The notes under the pieces are model-generated. The model made no database searches. It was not told where the DNA came from and saw nothing but the letters and a program-made list of their open reading frames with translations. The translations under genes and the position numbers were made by a program. From NCBI GenBank assembly GCA_028023455.1, contig JAQFVV010000005.1:9300001-9364000 (forward strand): DNA of 64,000 nucleotides, written 5' to 3'. This DNA comes from Epiperipatus broadwayi (Eukaryota > Animalia > Onychophora). Of this stretch, positions 11,230 to 23,330 are shown in pieces (the stretch's first letter is position 1; every line of letters begins with the position of its first letter).

Positions 11230-12792
11230 TCTTTCTTAAATGCTATATCTTGTATGGGCACTGAAAAGTATTCATTTATTATTTAACACTCATTAAAGTG
11301 CATGTACAGTAGCTGTAAAATGCTGATATTTAGTGAATAATAATGTAACTAAACTTGTTCTAAATGTAATTTTATTTTCTTGGTTTAATTCAAAATCTTG
11401 CCTAAATTTATTTCCCGAATAGTTCCAAATTTAATTTGTTTTCCTACCTACTTTTCTGAATGGCATATTAATTTGATAAAAACATTTAATTTATTAAGTC
11501 AAATATCTTATGTTTTGGTTTACTTATGTATGATTGATTTGGTTTTGTGTATTTAATTTAATTGTTTAAAATCATTTTTAAAATCATTTATATTCAATGT
11601 TCAATAACTTTTGTTAAGTAATCTATTTTAGAGTAATAATCAAAATTCTCAGTTGTTATGTAAATATTTTAAGTTAATGATAATAATTGCTTTCACTAAT
11701 TATAAACAACTTCTAACTTTTAAACTAAATCAATCAAATACCAAATAGCATTACATAAACTTTTTTTAAAATATGCTAAAGTTAAATTTCAGATTTCACT
11801 TGCGTGAAATCTTACATTATTTATATATTGCATTTTCTAAATCTATGTGAAATATTATTAAATTTTACTTATTTTATTGTTTATGCTATATGTATTCAAA
11901 ACTGCACTTCATTCGTAATTAAATGATTAGTGAAAAATAAATCTAGATTCTCACCTATATATGTGTAATATTGCGTAGATTAACGCACAAACTAAAAACG
12001 CCATTTTGAAATGAATAAAATCTTTTGATTGAGATATTATTACAAACTTATCAGATAGATTTGCTTTTAAATATGATATTTAAATGATATCTAGTTGAGA
12101 TGATAAAATGCAGCATAAATCTATAAATTTATATAGTAATTTCCTTTACTATGCTGTAGTCCTTGTTAAATAAATAAAAGCCTATATAGATAGCCTTATA
12201 ACTAAGATTCATAAATTTTCTTTAATAATATAATTAAAAATATTAGCATATGAACTGATCCTGAGTAGTTTCATGAAGGAGACTAGATTTTGCATCTTAA
12301 ATTTTGTTATATGATTATGTTGTGAGTGGTGCGTATATGTCTTTTCAAAACACTATGGAGTAACTCACTTATTGCTGCATTTCTTTACTCAGCATATGTG
12401 TTAGGGCTACACCAGTACAAATAGTTTGGACAATTATCTTTCTCAGATGGTGATTGGTACATGCCAACCCATACTGCATCCTTAATAATGGAGCATGAGA
12501 CTCACACAGAGCATAAGACTCCCACTTAAAATAAATTGCTCGATCATCCGGACTAAAATGCCTCCTCTATCACAGCAATGAGTTCAGTGGAAGGGAACCA
12601 TTACTTAGTAAACATCCCATGAAAAAGGTACATATATGAGACACAGGGACCCAGAGTTATATGTTTTTATATATGGAAAGGTATCTGAATTTTGGCTGCC
12701 CATAATCAGTTCATCCTGCCCTTTTTATTATTATTTCAGCATTGATCTGAAATCGAATCCAGATTGATAGGCAAATTATCTATATAGAGAGT

Positions 12793-13017
12793 ATATTAAT
12801 TATTTGCACTTAATTTAAATACTATATTCTGTATATTTAATTATAATCACTTCCACTAATTATTAAAGCAGATCTATACTCAATGAAATAGCATAAACTA
12901 GGCATATTAATTATTTGCACTTAACTTAAATACTATATTCTGTATATTTAATTATAATCACTTCCACTAATTATTAAAGCAGATCTATACTCAATGAAAT
13001 AGCATAAACTAGGCATA
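12793..13017. repeat. Near-perfect 111-bp tandem duplication
   Basis: Two copies with TATTTGCACT at 12801 and 12912; one mismatch seen. Confidence 0.95.
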
Positions 13018-13084
13018 GATAACCATGAGCAAAGTCATTTAGTTGTAAATATAATATTAAAGCTCATGAAAGTGTAAATGTATT

Positions 13085-13380
13085 ATAATTTCATCACCTG
13101 CGAGTGATAGATTAAGAATATAGCTAAATAAACTAATTTGTAACTTAGAAGTCATAATCTCCTGTGTGATTTAATGCTATATATAAACCGGAAGTGCATA
13201 CTTTGTAATTTGAATTGTAACCTAGAGTTTATAATCACCTGAGAGTGATTTCATATAGCAAACTTATATGTAAACAAAACTATGTAAAACTCAGTCATGT
13301 AAAATTCTATCTAGAACCATCACTTGCATGTGAACCCAATTTTAATGTAAACATCCTTTAACCACCTGTGTGTGAGAACT
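13085..13380. promoter_or_regulatory. Cluster of short CACCTG-centred subrepeats, probably within an LTR U3 region
   Basis: ATCACCTG(C/A)GAGTGA-like motifs at 13095, 13236, 13321 (CACTTG) and 13353, with another CACCTG at 14145 just before a PBS-like site. Confidence 0.45.
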
Positions 13381-14158
13381 ACTATTTAACCATTGTAATA
13401 GTGTTTATTTATTTTTATTTAAAAACCTAACTTTTATTAAATTGAATTTAAACTTAAATTGGATGTATGTCTTAATCTTGCTCACCGCCTCAAAATCATT
13501 TCACAGTTTAATAATTATTTATGATTAGTTATTAAGATTTATTTTATTGTTAATTTGTAAATATCCTTGCCACACGATATCTACACAGCCATGCTGGATA
13601 AAGCCCTGAAATACCATAGTATTTTTTTCTACTGTTGTGCTACTGCTGGCACATGAAGAAGGGAAATACTGATGTGGCCTCAACTCAGTCATATGCAAGG
13701 TAGTAAATATCTGAGCAATGATAGAGGAACTTGTGTTAGGCCAGAGTCATGGCTTCCACCACCATAAACCTGGTCATCCTTAGGATGATTTATCAGAGTT
13801 CTAGATTTTTTTCCATGAATGTACATATTTGACTGTTACAGTAGATCTTTGTTTCTCCTGGTTATGCCACAGCAACGTGAGGCTTTAGAAAATGGACCTA
13901 TATGCCTGAGATAGGTGGTAGATTTTTTATCCGAGTATGGATGCCCATCCGCTTAGTTAATTATTCCACCCTTGTAAACATTATTTATTAAAATATGTAA
14001 ACTGTATGTCTAAAAATTTATCCAAGTATGACATCCCACAATACCTTGTGTAGTACATAATATAGAATAATATTAATAATAATAGATGGTATATATGAAT
14101 AGAATATCAATGTGTGGCATAGTAAAATCATAGTATGTATATCTCACCTGCTGATAAC

Positions 14159-14168
14159 TGGTGCCCGA
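14159..14168 (+). promoter_or_regulatory. PBS-like site (tRNA-Lys UUU type) of an LTR element whose upstream LTR boundary is undefined
   Basis: TGGTGCCCGA is TGGCGCCCGA with one CpG transition, and it directly follows ...TGATAAC. Confidence 0.5.
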
Positions 14169-14209
14169 GGTGATTTTAGGAAACTAAAATTATCCTCAAA
14201 TAAATTTGT

Positions 14210-16842
14210 TGTCAGAGGTAGAGAATAAAAAAATTATATATATGTTTTGTCAAAATTTTCAATGATGAGAATGTGAGACAAGACTGATATGAATAAGGTG
14301 GAAACAAAAGAGAAAATTTGGGCAAGATATAAATATACGAGTGTTTGGTGTATAACATTTTTAAAACTGCAGGATGTAATAAATAATAATAATAATAATA
14401 ATAATAACTGGTCAGAGTGAAGAAGGAAGTATGCAGCAACAGGCAGATGGTGAGTTGAGTTTTGAATATATTTTAAATTAAAATTTGTATATGCTAGTAT
14501 TGAAGGGATATATTATATGCTGAGGTAGGTTAACAGTAAAGATAATAGTTAAGTTAAGGACATCTAGGTAGATGATAAAATAGGGTGGTAGAAAGAAGGT
14601 AGGGTAGACCTGTCGGGAAGTGAAGATGAGATAGCCACATATAAAATTTGTAGAAACAAAACCTAAACATGGAAGTGAACAAAGAGATAATGGAGAAAGT
14701 ACAGGAAAAGAGAGAAGAGAGAAGAGAAAAACCAATTGAGAAAAGAGGAAAAAATCTTAGGTCAGGGAAAGAGATAGTGGAAGATATGTATAGTAGCAAT
14801 ACGAAAGAAGAGCTAGAGAGTGGGAGAGAAGAGGAAAGGACAAGGAGAAAATACATTATCTGAAAAGGAAATAAAAAAGGAAAATAAGGTAACAATCAAA
14901 CAACTATTAGAAATTATGATGAACGATAAAAAGGAAAGAGTGGAAGAAAGGGAACAGGATAAAAAGGAAAGAAAGGAAAAAAAGGAACAGGATAAAAGGG
15001 AAAGGATGGAAGAAAAAGAAAAGGATAAAAGGGAAAGAGCATAAAAAAAGGAAAATGATAGAAAAGCCAGGGAAGAAATATTAAAAACAGGAAAATCAAG
15101 CTAGAAAACAGAAAAGAAGATGGAAAAACCACACTCTAGTGTCAGCAAAATTATAAAGAGGCTCAAAAAGAATGCTAGATAGGCTAACCACCCATAAAAA
15201 AAGTACATTAGAAAAAATTCAAGAAGTCCAAGGGAATATCTTAAGAGTGTGAGATACAATAGAGAAAATGGGCATGTTAGTACAGAAAGAAATAGGAATT
15301 ATCTAAGAAAGGAATAATAAAACTGAGGAGCAGCAAGGGACCCAAGAAGGGAAAATACAGGAACTAAATGAATACTATCAAAAGATTCATGAAGACTTAT
15401 ATGAGCTAAAAGAAAACATAGAGGCTAAGGAAATAAAAGCTAACAAGGAAGAAAAATTGTTAGTGGGAAGAGTACAAGGTTTAGAACAGAGCATCAATAA
15501 AGTAGAGAGAACAAAAGATAAGATGAAAAGAGGGCCATCTAGAGAAAACAAAATAGCTATGTTAGCAAACATGGAAGACAAGGAAGATATAGGCAGGAGT
15601 AGAGTAGAGACAAACAACAAAGGAATTGACATGGAAGCAAACAATTTGCTGAGAGCAAACAGGGTAGCCATAATCTCATACCTGACTGAAGGCACAGAGT
15701 CCTTAGGCTTTGAAGATTTTGATAGTATAAAGGAAGAGAAGGCAGAAAATAGTTCCAAGGGTACAGAGGCCAACTCACCTATTCATTTGGCAAAGTTCAT
15801 TCAAGTAAAAGCATTCAAAGGCGAGGTGGGGTAGAGGACCAGAGTTCACTTACAGAGCCTAAAAGAAGTACTCAGGTTCCAAAGCATAGCAGCCCAAGAT
15901 CAGGTCACTCTGGCTGCTCATTATTTATATGGACATGCCTTGTCTTGGTGGAAATGTTATGATGAAAAGCCCAGGACATTTGAGCAATATGCTGCAGCAC
16001 TGATGAGAACATATTGGAGTAAGGAAAGGCAGTATGCTGTATATAACAGTCCTGAAGGAACAGTACAGCTCAATAACAAAGGAGACCTATACCCAGTTCT
16101 TTGTGAGGCAGGTTTCTTGCCTCAGATCCTTAACAGCATATATGCATACAGAAATGCATATCATAAGGTTAATCCAACAAAATATGCCTCCTCCAGTGCA
16201 ACAGATGATGGTGTGAACTCACATTCAAACAGTAAAAGAAATGGCAGAGTTTCTCACATCAGTTGATTACATGCCGTTCCCCAAAGAACCACCAGAAAAG
16301 ATCAGAAGAGTTGAGCCTAAATGCCAAGCAATGATAATAGAGAATAGATTTGGCAGTAGACTGGAGGCAAACACCCATAGTAATAGTCAGGACAAGTCAA
16401 GAAATACTGTCAGGCTGTTAAACTACAGAGGGTGCCAGTGAATAGATCCCTTAATCCGACACCCAAGGTAAAAGAAAGGATGAAAAACAAGAACAGGCAA
16501 TGGAAACAATCAGGGAGGTAGTAAATGAGGTGGAGACATTGGTTATCACCGTATTCTGCCCCCTGGAGACCATTACTATAAATCAAAGGAAAGTGCAAGC
16601 CTTAATAGACACAGGTAGTCAGTTCTTGTCTATAGCAAAAGAATGGGTAACTGTTGAGGAAGGGAAAGAGCACCAATGGCAAAAACTACTGATAAGACCC
16701 TTGCAAATGTATTTGGCCAATCATAAGAAAACACCAATGGAAAATTTCCAAGTATGGTGTGAAATAGCCTGGGGGTTTAAAGAATTAAGCCATACTTTCT
16801 TGGTGATGAAAGAGCTATTGCAGAATGTAGTGTTAGGATCTG
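14210..16842 (+). mobile_element. Truncated Ty3/Gypsy element: putative ~200-bp 5' LTR, PBS-like site, degenerate gag and aspartic protease
   Basis: TGTCAG...(AAT)n is followed by TGGTCAGAGTGA (14409-14420). The gag N-terminus is E/K-rich coiled coil with a 33-bp x3 repeat at ~14950-15040. The capsid motif reads LKEVLRFQSIAAQDQVTLAAHYLYGHALSWWKC...PRTFEQYAAALMRTYWSKERQ and the protease VQALIDTGSQF...VVLGS. There are multiple stops and frameshifts. Confidence 0.85.
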
Positions 16843-18801
16843 GGCTGACTATTAACTGTGCAGCCTTTGTGTGGCACTGTTTCTGTGTAAAAACACAGAA
16901 TTATACTACTTTCATGGCTGAACCTACGGCTAATATATGAGTGATCATTAATATACAAGTAGATCGTATGTAGTGGTTATAATATGTGGCCAATTATTTT
17001 GCATTCAATAACACTACATCTACTAACAATACTATGATTGTATAGTTTGCCGTTGATTTCATTGCAGGTTGAATTCCTATGCATATTGAGAGAATTTGTA
17101 TTGTTGCTAGAATTTAAGATGAGAGTGTGAACATTGTCATCTTTTTCAAGTGTTTATTTGTTGATGTTTATGATTTTCTGTATTTCCCAACTGAAAGATT
17201 TTTGAGTACTAGTAATTTTCAGCGTATTATTGATATTTGTCAAAATTATTTTTTGGCTAATTTTGGTTTTTTGGGGGGTCAAAAAAGACAAAATAAAATT
17301 TCTCAAGCTCTTTGGCAGACATTTGCTGAAAAATACCATTTCTGTCATGACTCGGACGAGAGTTGAAAAAGAAGAACAAAATGTCTACCATGTTATTATA
17401 TTTGTGGGACGTCCCAAACAGAAAAAGTGAGGCAGTTGCATTTTTGCAAGCTCAAAACATCCTGCTATTTGTTACAGTTGATTTAGTTCAGTCATATGTG
17501 GTTAATAAATTTATTTTCTGGAAAGAATTTGTGTTTTGTTTGCGATTATTTTTATCTGTAAATCATGTAATTAACACCCAGAATGACAGTGTTAAAAAGG
17601 GGTGGTGTAGTTTGTTGGACATCTCTTGATTGATTGATTTTTTTTTTTTTAAAAAAAATACTTCTTTTGACATACCTATTTGTTCTGTTTAGAAGCAAAA
17701 AGAGGTTTTTTGTTGTTGTTGTTTTAAATCAATAAACAGCACGTTAAGTAGATTTTAAAAATGAACCCAAGCTTAATTTTTGTTGTTAAAAAAGAATAAA
17801 AATACCAGACGTTTTATTTGTTATGAAAACAAAAAATCTTTAACAAACTTGTATGACTTTTAAAAAAGATAAATAAATAAATCCTACAGAATGTAACAAA
17901 ACCGGTTAACTTACATATTTTTTGTGTTAAAAAAACAATACTGTGATTGACTTTTTGGTTTTTGTTTTGGATGTTTTATTTGTTATTATTAAAAAAAGCA
18001 AAAAAAAATCAAAACCTGCCGACACAAAAAAAAACCCGTATTTATAAATCTAAGAGAAAAAAGAAGTCCCGTTTTATTTATTATTATTAAAAAAAAACAA
18101 AAAAATCAAAACACACCGACCAAAAAAAAACCCCCGTATTTATAAATGTAAGATAAAATACCAAACAATTCTTTTCGTGTATAAGCAAATATGGACACCT
18201 GAGACGGAGTTTGTCGGACAGGTTTGAATTTTTTTTGCTAAATCAATCAACAGCAAACCCCCTCATTTTTAACATAATTCAAAAAGAAAGTGTCGATTCT
18301 AATTTTAAATAACAACAACAAAAAAAAAAGAAAGTCATATGTAAAGCAAATTGTGTATATTTGAGATATTCCAAAGAAAAAGTTAAAACTGTCCCTTATT
18401 ACTTTGAAATGTATTGAATCCAAAACAAAAAAATAAAAGACATCTGTAAAAAAGAAACAGTAGATTTAGAATGGAAATCCCCCCCCCCAAATAAAGGCAT
18501 ATCTCAAAAATTATGTACTTTTGAGATCCAAAAAAAAGGTTAGTCTCCTTTATAGTTTTAAATTTATCAAATAAAAACCAAAAAAATAATTATGTATGAA
18601 ACAAACAACAACAATATATTAAAAAAAAATAATTATGTCCAAAACAAATAACAATATATTAAATATTAAAAAAAAAAATCACAGCTGTATGTCAAAATAC
18701 AATCTATTAGATAAAAAAAATCTAGCGGCCCAGTAATGTTATAATGCTCTGTTTTTAACTAGAAACAGCACCACCAAAGGCTGCACAGTTAATAGTTTAC
18801 T
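16843..18801 (+). mobile_element. Internally deleted TIR DNA transposon, Merlin (IS1016/ISXO2-like) type
   Basis: Imperfect TIRs of ~80 bp: ACTATTAACTGTGCAGCCTTTG at 16848 and its reverse complement ending at 18796. MSTMLLYLWDVPNRKSEAVAFLQAQNIL (17381-17464) resembles Merlin transposase N-termini. There are ~100-bp internal tandem subrepeats at ~17975-18165. No clean TSD. Confidence 0.6.
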
Positions 18802-19047
18802 AGAACCATAAATCTTTAAAAATGTATATAATTGGTTTAGTAGAATAGTTTTGCTTGTTTTGTTTGTTTATATATATTTAGTAGTAAAGTTTTGTGGTCT
18901 CACTAAAGCAGGAAATTAGAAGAATAGATAGGGTTCACTAAGAGTGTGTTAAATTTAGTGGATAAAGTAGAAAATTTTTTGCTAACAGGAATTTATATAA
19001 CCCGGGGTAAAAGCATCAAATAATTACGATTTCATAAATTTCCCATG

Positions 19048-19865
19048 AGTTTAAGGATATGAAACATCACATGATCACCATTTCTTATGCTTGCTTATAA
19101 CTTATTAAAACAGGCAAAACTCTCCATACAGTATTGCCACTCAGGGCAAGCCAGAGTAATCAATGGATGCCAAAAGGCTTGTGCATAAAATGTCCACTTA
19201 GTGTCTACTCATCCGATATCCCCAGACTAGTATCTGGCTTGTGACTTTCGCCAATGAGTTGTCTTGGATCTGAGAGGACTGCACCTAGATCTTAATATCT
19301 AATGCAGTTGGATGAGTAGGCACTAGATGGGGATTTTGTGCACAAGCCTTCTGGCATCCATTGATTACTCTGGCTGGCACTTAGTGGCAATACTGTTGAA
19401 GAGTTTTGACTGTTTTAATAACAGTTATAAGGAGCATAAGAAATGGTAACCATGTGATGTTTATTGGACTTAAAACCAAACCAATCCTGCCTAAAGAATA
19501 GTGGTGGCTATGGTTATTAAAGAACCAAAGATACCAAAATGTATGGGTACTGAACTGAATTCAGACCTATATACTATATAAGCTAATGAATTTTGATTGA
19601 AAATACTGTGTTTTCAATTTGGGACTCATAGTTTTCTAGTTAAGTAGAGATAAAAGGTGACTGCTGGAGGGTTGTATTAGATCTTAAGATCTAGGTGCAG
19701 TGCTCTCAGATCCAAGGCTCAAGCCAAAAATTAGTCTGGGGATATTGGATGAGTAGGCACTACATGGGGATTTTATGCACAAGCCTTCTGGCATCCAATG
19801 ATTACTCTGGCTTGCACTGGGTGGCAATACTGTATAAAGAGTTTTGCCTGTTTTTATTCTATAAA
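19048..19865. mobile_element. ~440-nt monomer family, locus A: inverted copy followed by partial plus full tandem copies; carries a hammerhead relic
   Basis: 19048-19306 is the reverse complement of the monomer and 19307-19865 is direct. TGATTACTCTGG recurs at ~19361 and ~19798. Homologous to 39005-39720 and 59262-59620. Confidence 0.85.
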
Positions 19866-19997
19866 AGCTGTAAAAATAATTTTTAATCTTACATACACTC
19901 ATGCACTCTCTGATTTTAAAATTATTAGCTTCGGATAGGGTTCAAAGTTTTTATAGAGAAAAGTTTGAAAAATATAAATATACAATTAATTATAATA

Positions 19998-20567
19998 ATA
20001 ACGTGAAAGCTAAACACCTTCAAACAGATACGCTTTAAAAATGCTTAGGTGACAGCCAATCAGATGGAATAATGGCATCACATGGGACTCTAAATTCTAA
20101 AACACAAGCCAGAACTATTAGAAAAAGATGGGACCCATCTTAATCTATGCCTCAATTATATTTAAATAAGCCAGACTCAAGCATTTTGATCTAAGAGTGT
20201 GAAGCTTAAATACCTTCACATTTAATCCACTAAATATTATATATATAAATTAACAACGCGAAATCATACGATTTACAACGAAGCAATATTTTTAAATCTA
20301 ATGAAATGATATTAATAAATGTAAATATATTAAATTTAAGCGTAAACAGATAATATTATAATAACGTGAAAGCTAAACACCTTCAAACAGATACGCTTTA
20401 AAAATGCTAATAGTTCTGGCTTGTGTTTTAGAATTTAGAGTCCTATGTGATGCCATTATTCCATCTGATTGGCTGTCACGTAAGCATTTTTAAAGCGTAT
20501 CTGTTTGAAGGTGTTTAGCTTTCACGTTATTATAATATTATCTGTTTACGCTTAAATTTAATATATT
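19998..20567. mobile_element. Insertion of a 363-nt monomer in tandem-plus-inverted arrangement with a 17-bp TSD
   Basis: ATAACGTGAAAGC occurs at 19998 and 20361, and 20408-20567 is the reverse complement. The flanking direct repeat is TACAATTAATTATAATA (19981-19997, 20568-20584). Confidence 0.85.
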
Positions 20568-23089
20568 TACAATTAATTATAATATTGTTGTAATTATTTA
20601 AAAATTTTATTACATAAATTCCTGTTTATTATTTAGTAAAAATTAAATCCGATGAATAGATACTGATTAAAAAATAGTTGCTTATGATAATTTATATTAA
20701 AATAAAGTAAAAAACAATATCAAGAAAGAAATTGAAAGAAAGATATCGTTATGTGTGGTGGAGTGGAATGTAATTGTATACAAAGGCTATCAAAAAACAT
20801 TGATAAAGTAATCCCATCAATACGTGGAAATATTCAAAGTTACAGATTTTGTTATTGCCACAATAATTCATGATAGTTACAAGTAGTGAAAGAATGTAGC
20901 TGTTAGAAATACTAAATTCAAGCTAAAATAGTAAGTTTCTAGAAAATGTGCAGTGTACGTATTTAAATTTAATTAATGTATATTTTAATCAACGATTTAC
21001 TTTTAAATAATTGTTTATATTTGTGTACTATATATTTTATTAATTTGAAATAATTTAAAATGCACACATTCTAAATCTCAAAATAGACAATACAATTAGA
21101 ATAATCATAGAATTAAGTTAGCTTTAGTTGATAAAGTGAATAATAACAAATAATTAACCGAGAGATGTTTTTAAAAAACAACTTATATTAATCCATTGCT
21201 AAACCCGTATTAGTTAAGTATTTATTCCAGACCCTTGGAAGGGTATAAATAGACAAAAAAAATTAATTTGAGAGACAACTAAACGATTTTATAGAAGCAG
21301 TTTTTATATCTTAGAATAACTATTACCTATAGCTCTCTCTCCAAGTGAATGCAGAGAAACAATTTGCAGGTTAAACAGATCTTTACTTTTATTTTGTGTA
21401 AGCCTCTGGATAATTTTCTCTATTTATAATTTGTGTATAAATGTATGTATATGCACCTATTAATGTTATCCATGTGATAGAATACAATCTTTATTGTAAT
21501 TATTTAAAATGTGTAATTGGTAATATCTTGAGTCAGTTTATTCCAACATTAGAGCCTTTTCATACTCATACTTTCTTGTGTATATCTGACTAACAATCAG
21601 GAATAAATATTAGCTGTATACTGAGGCTAGTCTAACAGATATAACATAATGGAAACCACCAGCATACATTAAAATCACCAGAAATTCACTATCTGTAATT
21701 TCAGCAATATAGTCTTTCAATGATGAACCAATGCCTATTACATCTCCAGTAATAGTGAAGTTTTAAAATATTGTTTTGGCTTGCCCATAATATGTTTTCT
21801 CATTGCTTGCAGTTAAGTAGCCTATTGACTAATTAGAAGTATGTTGACATTAAGAAGATACAAATTAACAAGTAAAAAATCAATGCTGATCAGGCAACAA
21901 TTAAGAATTTCATCTCACTTGGGACCAAGATAATTATAATAATAGTTAAATGCAGAAATATAGACTGCAATATATAAGTATATCTGTGGTTAAAAGTGAT
22001 TTTAATTATCAACGAAGCTTCTATAAGATATTTTAATTATATACACAATGTCTATGTGAATAAGAAGCATCAATAATTAGAAATTTCAATATATTAAAAT
22101 ATTTTTTATATTAATAATATTTTAATTGTTATTAATGTTTTTTTTTTTGGGGGGGGGGATATAAAATACTCTATTTTTATTGTTACTATTTTAATTATTT
22201 TACTGTAGTTATAATGGCTTATATACAAAAAGGAAGCTATGAATTGCAGAAATGAAGACTGTTAATAAATTTAAAAATTTTGAAAATAATTAGTCCACAT
22301 GCCCTTTCTATTATATATACATTCCAGATTTATAAAGATATCTGTATAAAATCAAATGATTGTAAATTATTTTCTCTTGATTATAATTTTTCTATTTTTA
22401 AACTCTTCTTTCATAACCAACATAATTTTGGAATTGATTTTTAATGCGCTATAATTTCAATTAAAATGTCCAATTGTAAACATGTTTTTATTTCTTGTTT
22501 TAAGTAGAAATAATTACCAAAAATATCCAAGTGCTAAAAATTAAAAATAATATATATATTATAACGATCGAAATGAAAGTGAAGATCGAATCTAACCGCA
22601 AAAACAATATCTGCAACTACCAGGGCGCCATCTAGGCATTTGAGTGTAGAAAAATTTATAAAGTAGGCAGATACGCGCTGTTAAGATTCCACTTTATTTA
22701 AATATTCCGACCATTAGCCCAAGTTACTAGCTCAGCGGAGACGCAGAGATAAAAATCTATATCTTAAATATAAAAGACTAAAAGCCACTGCCAGAAATTA
22801 ACACATAAAAATATTTATTTAAGCACATATAAAATCATTCTAAATTCGAGGAATAGGTTTAACATTTTTAGATTTTTATATTACTCTTTAATTGTACATT
22901 TACATAAATTTCAATGAGTTTAATATTTTATTTAGATGGTCAAGTATGAATAGACTACATAGATCTGCATTTGAAAGGAAAATATTCTTCCCTGATTTAA
23001 CCTTAGGCAACAAATTTCGCAATCAACTGGCGCCAATCCATCTGATACATTCATGTATTCAATGTAGCATGATACGACAACACAAAATA

Positions 23090-23330
23090 CTATACTGTCA
23101 GGAATTTCATCTGAACAATAAGTAGAAATAGAGAAGACATTGACTCTCCACCAACAGGAATGTGACATCTGTTGGCAAGTAGAACAATAAACAAAAAACT
23201 CCATAGGAATGGACTGGGGTCTTCTGCCGACTTACAAACCCATCCATAGGCAAACAGAGGGTGAGTGGCGTATATCTATAATCCTGCCCATAGCGGATCT
23301 CATACTACATCTACTATTACACAAATATAT
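23090..23330 (+). pseudogene. Possible relic of a LINE AP-endonuclease N-terminus
   Basis: Frameshifted segments TLHQQECDIC and ANRG*VAYIYNP loosely recall the DIICLQET and RGGGVAIY motifs. Confidence 0.3.

Larger units (their letters stand above)
9720..11335. repeat. 341-bp monomer array (2.6 direct copies plus an inverted partial copy), homologous to the 334-bp family, with a 13-bp TSD
   Basis: TGTAAACAAGC recurs at 9715, 10056 and 10397. The strand switches at ~10611. The inverted part spans 10611-10780 and 11230-11335. The flanking direct repeat is AATAATAATGTAA (9707-9719, 11336-11348). Confidence 0.92.

Noticed and set aside
477-11335. CRISPR-like repeat-spacer interpretation of the tandem arrays
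   Set aside because: The monomers are full-length tandem copies without unique spacers, the context is eukaryotic, and there are no cas genes.
14212-15778. Minus-strand hydrophobic or Ser/Phe-rich ORFs and short plus-strand E/K-rich ORFs
   Set aside because: Shadows or fragments of the purine-rich, decayed gag N-terminus.
21620-21770. 50-codon open minus-strand frame (TGDVIGIGSSLKDYIAEITDSEFLVILMYAGGF)
   Set aside because: No recognisable family or convincing splice context; possibly a LINE relic.
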